Below are positions 44,093 through 45,596 of a stretch of 45,596 nt of DNA, one piece after another (position 1 is the first letter of the stretch; each line of letters opens with the position of its first letter). The position numbers and the translations under genes are program-made. Under the pieces are notes generated by a model, which worked only from the letters and a program-made list of their open reading frames with translations, made no database searches and was not told the origin of the DNA. This stretch comes from a virus (Duplodnaviria; Heunggongvirae; Uroviricota; Caudoviricetes): positions 1-45,596 of the IMG/VR virus record IMGVR_UViG_2778261121_000003; one strand, given 5' to 3'.

Positions 44093-44179
44093 GGGGAGTT
44101 AGTCCGTAGAGGTAGCGGTGTAGACTGTAAATCTACTGTCATGGCGACTCGGGTGGTTCGACTCCATCACTCCCCACCA
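44093..44179 (+). tRNA. tRNA-Tyr (anticodon GTA), long variable arm
   Basis: Manual cloverleaf: acceptor GGGGAGT/ACTCCCC, anticodon stem GTAGA/TCTAC with loop CTGTAAA, long variable arm, T-arm GGTGG-TTCGACT-CCATC, encoded CCA. Confidence 0.75.
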
Positions 44180-44183
44180 AATT

Positions 44184-44259
44184 GCCGGTTTAGCTCAGTT
44201 GGTAGAGCAGTCGCTTTGTAAGCGAATGGCCAGCGGTTCAAGTCCGTTAACCGGCACCA
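44184..44259 (+). tRNA. tRNA-Thr (anticodon TGT)
   Basis: Manual cloverleaf: acceptor GCCGGTT/AACCGGC, D-arm GCTC...GAGC, anticodon loop TTTGTAA, T-arm AGCGG-TTCAAGT-CCGTT, encoded CCA. Confidence 0.75.
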
Positions 44260-44751
44260 ACATAATATTGAGAACATTGGCGTAACGGGGTCATATCCCA
44301 ATCTATGAATAAATGTTGCGTTGCAGCGTGACAACCAGTGTTCTCAACATTGTGGTGAATGCACAGGCTGATGTGCCGCAACTACAGTAGTGCGCGCTTT
44401 GCGGGGCTTGCTACAACCCTGTGTCGGAGATCAGCACCGACCATCACAATTTGGCTCTCTTGCAACAGCATAACGCTGAAATATGTCCAACCTGGTGCGG
44501 CCTGTTCACCCGCCGTTAGCTCCACGAAACGGAGCGCACAACAGGAAAGAGCATTGAGAACCGCCGAGACTGCCCTGTTTGAAGCGTAAGTCCGTGCAAA
44601 CGTCATACAGTGCTCTTTTCGTTGTGGTTGATGCGCAGACTGATGCGCGGAAAGAAATGCCCCAGCGACACACGAGGCGAGTTCACACACTGCATTGCAG
44701 TCAGTAGCCGGGGTCGCTAAGCCGGAGTTCAGTACCGGTAACCACAACAAT

Positions 44752-44838
44752 TGGAGAGTAGGGAGCATGGTGCTCAAGCGGTCTTGAAAACCGTCCCATT
44801 GCGCAAGCGATGATGGTTCGATTCCATTACTCTCCGCC
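44752..44838 (+). tRNA. tRNA-Ser (anticodon TGA), long variable arm
   Basis: Manual cloverleaf: acceptor GGAGAGT/ACTCTCC, anticodon stem GCGGT/ACCGT with loop CTTGAAA, long variable arm, T-arm GATGG-TTCGATT-CCATT, encoded CCA. Confidence 0.75.
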
Positions 44839-44993
44839 AGACACAGCGTTGAGCGGTTTGGCCTTTTAATCACCCAGATTAAGACTCCGCTAACATAAAC
44901 CAGACCGCTCAACGCTGTGATAGACAATTACGTCAGACTTTCTTAACCATAGCTTGATAACATCCTAGCAACACTTTTTTCATCGCAAAATTC

Positions 44994-45016
44994 AAAGGGG
45001 CTTCGGCCCCTTTTTT
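44994..45016. terminator. rho-independent terminator (likely bidirectional)
   Basis: AAA-GGGGC-ttcg-GCCCC-TTTTTT between the tRNA cluster (+) and the 3' end of minus-strand gene 45032..45553. Confidence 0.7.
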
Positions 45017-45031
45017 GTTGAATAGTGCAAT

Positions 45032-45553
45032 TTACTTTGCATAGTCGCTTAGTTTTAATATTTCGCGCTTATATTCCTTAACCATGTCACGAGACTCAAT
45101 GTGAATTCGATGTAAAATTTTATCGTTATCTTTATTCTCATTTATCTTAATGAGTGCTAATTTATATTCATAATCATCAAATGCATCAATCAATTTGCGA
45201 CCGGGAATTGTTTCTTCGTCACTCTTAAAGTATATATCTTCAAGCCTGTAATCTAGTTGATTAGATTTTCTTTTCTCGATGTAATCTACTGCCATAGCTA
45301 TTACATCGTTCCTGTCATTTAACCTGGTTTTTTCGGAAGGCACATCTTCGTAACGTTGTACAATTGAACAACCAATAAGGGATGGGATGTAAACATCAAA
45401 ACAAGTAACTCTATCATGCGCATTTTTAAGTTCTTTCTCAAAGTAGTTTCTAACATGCAAAGGCAACTTATCAAAGTAATCATCAATTATAGGAGAACAA
45501 GGAGTTTTATAATTCATAAGAATTGACGGTACGAGCTTTGGATGTCGGAACAT
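45032..45553 (-). CDS. hypothetical protein (AT-rich accessory gene)
   Basis: 173-aa ORF on the opposite strand to the surrounding genes, visibly AT-rich, AAGGAG upstream of the ATG; no recognisable motifs. Confidence 0.6.
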   Translation of the reverse strand: MFRHPKLVPSILMNYKTPCSPIIDDYFDKLPLHVRNYFEKELKNAHDRVTCFDVYIPSLIGCSIVQRYEDVPSEKTRLNDRNDVIAMAVDYIEKRKSNQLDYRLEDIYFKSDEETIPGRKLIDAFDDYEYKLALIKINENKDNDKILHRIHIESRDMVKEYKREILKLSDYAK

Positions 45554-45596
45554 CCACTCCTTTTGAACACCCGAGGGGAAATAATAACTACGAATG

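Noticed and set aside
44382-44927. 181-aa minus-strand ORF and 60-aa + strand ORF (44039-44221) in the tRNA region
   Set aside because: They overlap tRNA genes (tRNA-Ser antisense; tRNA-Asn, Tyr and Thr sense) whose cloverleaves are well supported; ORFs considered spurious.
1-45596. Integrase, repressor, DNA polymerase, RNA polymerase or queuosine/deazaguanine DNA-modification genes
   Set aside because: I looked for the usual hallmarks (tyrosine-recombinase R..HxxR..Y pattern, polymerase motifs, TGT-like enzymes) in the translated ORFs and found none; they may lie outside this window, so no lifestyle or family claim is made from their absence.

Overview
This 45.6 kb window reads as most of a tailed dsDNA phage genome (siphovirus-like, lambda-type tail-tip module), with roughly 50% GC coding that looks enterobacterial by eye. 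Almost everything is on the + strand. The order is: a minus-strand SF2 helicase and two AT-rich small genes (1-2741); an unusual five-gene operon of two ParB-N-domain paralogs, a minimal ABC-type ATPase, a GNAT-fold protein and a small wHTH protein (2824-5997); small and large terminase, portal, scaffold, major capsid, a 3x Ig-like (BIG2) protein and head-tail genes (6194-15076); major tail protein, G/GT chaperone with a probable -1 frameshift, tape measure, and clear lambda M/L/K/I/J homologs plus a long repeat-rich tail fiber (15151-32320); a lysis cassette with overlapping spanins (32525-33943); a minus-strand GNAT-toxin/DUF1778-antitoxin pair (33976-34774); a ParA/RHH partition-like cassette (35093-36120); DnaB-like helicase, primase and ATP-dependent ligase (37107-42426); tandem small membrane proteins; four tRNAs (Asn, Tyr, Thr, Ser) in a hairpin-rich noncoding region (43270-44990); and an AT-rich minus-strand gene at the right edge. 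The most interesting candidates for something undescribed are the ParB-ParB-ABC-GNAT-wHTH operon, a ~55 bp palindromic element present twice (after the wHTH gene and after the ParA/RHH cassette), and a GATAAGTAAGTA-type motif found in about 14 intergenic regions, always in + orientation. No integrase, repressor, RNA polymerase, DNA polymerase or CRISPR array was seen. All calls come from reading the translations and sequence by eye; no searches were run, so start codons and family assignments are approximate.
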